DNA of 52,162 nt, counting the filler, from Sphacelaria rigidula (lineage: Eukaryota): NCBI GenBank assembly GCA_964200075.2. It is 3 parts of 3 records of this genome, joined end to end, with 100 filler letters (N's around TTAATTAATTAA, not from the genome) between each part and the next. Parts side by side here need not be neighbours in the genome. Positions count along the whole stretch, not along the records: positions 34,843 to 52,162 come from CAXNAA020001113.1; 2 more parts are not named here. One strand, 5' to 3'. The first letter of the stretch is position 1, and each line of letters starts with the position of its first letter. A program made the translations under genes and the position numbers. Positions 50,901 to 52,162 of this stretch are shown here, one piece after another. Under the pieces are notes generated by a model. It did no database searches. It was not told the DNA's origin and worked only from the letters and a program-made list of their open reading frames with translations.

Positions 50901-52000
50901 TTCCTCCGCGCAGCCTACAGCTCGTCGACAGACCTACCGTGAAAAAGAAAAGACGGCATGACACGTTGTTACAAGTGTATGATGTGTACCTCGCGTGTGG
51001 CGTTACCAAGTGTGTGATGTGTGCGTTGCTACAATTATGATTTTTAATCGAGGTTATCTATATTATATTGTGTTCCCTTGTCCCAAAAAATAATTAACCA
51101 AACCAAACCATCCCACCTCAACCCAACTCCAATCCCCATTCCGAAATATTGCATCATGCATTATTAATAGCTGCGCGTCGGAACAATTAATATTCAGGAA
51201 TGTTTGAGTTTGGTATTTGGGGTTGGGATTGAATGGGGTTGGATTGTTATTTTTTTTTAAAAGGGAACACAATAGTATGGTTCTGGCGCCATGCATACAC
51301 CACCGCGAAAATATGATGAAGCGATGATGGCGCTGGGCAATAAATGTACAGAAACACCCGGTGTTCAGCAGACTTTGCCACAGGGTAAACACTGCAGTAC
51401 TTTTGTGATATTTTCGCAGGTGGAGTTTTACGTGAGCTTTCACGCATGCCACCGCTCATCCCAAAGAATATTCGACCCTCAAATTTGAAGTTTGGAAGAT
51501 AACATGCATCCACTCCACATTCTCAAACATGATCTCTATACCCAATATTGGAAAACGGACGGCCTGAAGTGATGTTGGGATACACTGGGACTACGAACTC
51601 GTAGCTTCTGAACCTTCTGTATTTTTGCTCGATAGAAGCAATCCATTGAAGCAACCCCAACCGTTGTCATGAACCAATGACCTAAAGCTTTGTTCTGTTT
51701 ATACCTGTTATTTGCGCTAGAGTCGGAAAGCTTGGGGTTTTCGACCAGTGACGGTCGACATTCCACGATAAACAAGGTGTTTACTCCATCCCACCCCGAC
51801 AACAACTCGAGGATTGTGCCATGAGGGTGATCTGCTTCTGTTTCCAAACTCTCGATAAACGCTAGGAATTTCGAGAGGTGAAACGTTTACCATAATTTCA
51901 GCAACTTACCGAAGTACGAAAATTGCGGGACCGTGCAGAGCATAGCATAATCGTGACAGCTCTCGTGAACAAACTTGCAGACCAAGGGACCTTGCAGACT
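38916..52000 (-). CDS. unidentified multi-exon gene (candidate exons only; likely extends beyond the window end)
   Basis: AG/GT-bounded open segments, e.g. 51999-51910 (LQGPLVCKFVHESCHDYAMLCTVPQFSYF) joining about 51861-51785 (AFIESLETEADHPHGTILELLSGWDG), about 43134-43010, about 42180-42060 (WIAGIPALSRLARIVQSVLQYSLYW) and 39036-38916 (DERNDNMKQLRHSQRIWNRLNKGLKTPQRS). A full exon chain was not resolved and no family was recognised. Confidence 0.35.
40179..40428. mobile_element. MITE family M1 with 4-bp TSD TATC
   Basis: TIRs GACACTTTCTACGATAGCCCCCCCC and GGGGGGGGCTATCGTAGAAAGTGTC. TATC at 40175-40178 and 40429-40432. Confidence 0.88.
43185..48990 (-). mobile_element. decayed Ty3/Gypsy LTR retrotransposon (RT-RNaseH-integrase order)
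   Basis: RT at 47050-47600 (SVYHQL...TEFCTPSG, VYLDD, IEFLGH, LRSLPGGLSYYRQ). RNase H at 45420-45740 (HTDSSKVGFGCALEQ, EQEAGAIVWGV, YTDHKSL). Integrase at 43850-44530 (CHS...ERFYWWIGM...C..CQAR, DYFGPLP). Many stops and frameshifts. Outer boundaries are approximate and no LTR pair was found. Confidence 0.9.
45745..47045 (+). mobile_element. non-autonomous CAC-TIR (CMC/EnSpm-like) element family C1, 2-bp TSD AA
   Basis: Left end CACGCATGGACAGATAGCACTCTGTGG, right end (reverse complement) TATACGTGGCAAGATATCACTCTATAGG. AA flanks at 45743-45744 and 47046-47047. Removal restores the Gypsy frame ...SRPPILMFSDW... Confidence 0.8.
49120..49890. repeat. tandem array of about 5 x 158-bp units, each with a hairpin
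   Basis: Units start at 49120, 49278, 49436, 49593 and 49751. Each contains CTGTCAAGGTTG-ATTTTTGAGA-CGACCTTGACAG. Confidence 0.95.
50560..50875 (-). pseudogene. decayed acidic/low-complexity coding fragment, probably TE-derived
   Basis: GC-rich codon-like sequence reading AFGTGPAATASKVATQG...DADS*CVLEPDGGDEDNSENNEEDDL*TPAM with in-frame stops. Confidence 0.3.
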
Positions 52001-52162
52001 GGAAAACGGTTTATACCCCCCCCCCCCTCAGGGGTGGTCGAGAATGATGAAAATCGAAAAACAACAGTGAATCCTGGAAAATGGGATTGATACAAAATAT
52101 GGGGTTGCAGTGACATTTCTCTTTTGCAGGGAAGACGCGAAACACTAGCGACCTAGCGAAGC

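Overview
Eukaryotic, intron-rich and repeat-rich genomic DNA. The TE peptide remnants and gene architecture point to a brown alga (Phaeophyceae, Ectocarpus-like), but this is inference. Two artificial 100-bp spacers (44 N + TTAATTAATTAA + 44 N; 17322-17421 and 34743-34842) split the window into three contigs. Contig 1 carries two adjacent + strand multi-exon genes (possibly one) built of mTERF-like helical repeats. A TIR element with a BED-finger remnant and a 10-bp TSD, plus tRNA-derived SINEs, lie among them. Contig 2 carries a complete 3-exon VPS25 (ESCRT-II, 177 aa, - strand). Its 11.4-kb first intron contains an RTE LINE remnant, a foldback and several same-strand exon-like segments. Contig 3 carries a decayed Academ/DUF6589-like transposase interrupted by a SINE with a perfect 16-bp TSD, and a decayed Ty3/Gypsy element split by a CAC-TIR insertion with a 2-bp TSD. 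It also has a 158-bp hairpin-bearing tandem array and scattered exons of an unidentified - strand gene. One MITE family has a copy on each side of the second spacer. Most entries in the six-frame ORF track are spurious. I found no CRISPR array, rRNA or bona fide tRNA.
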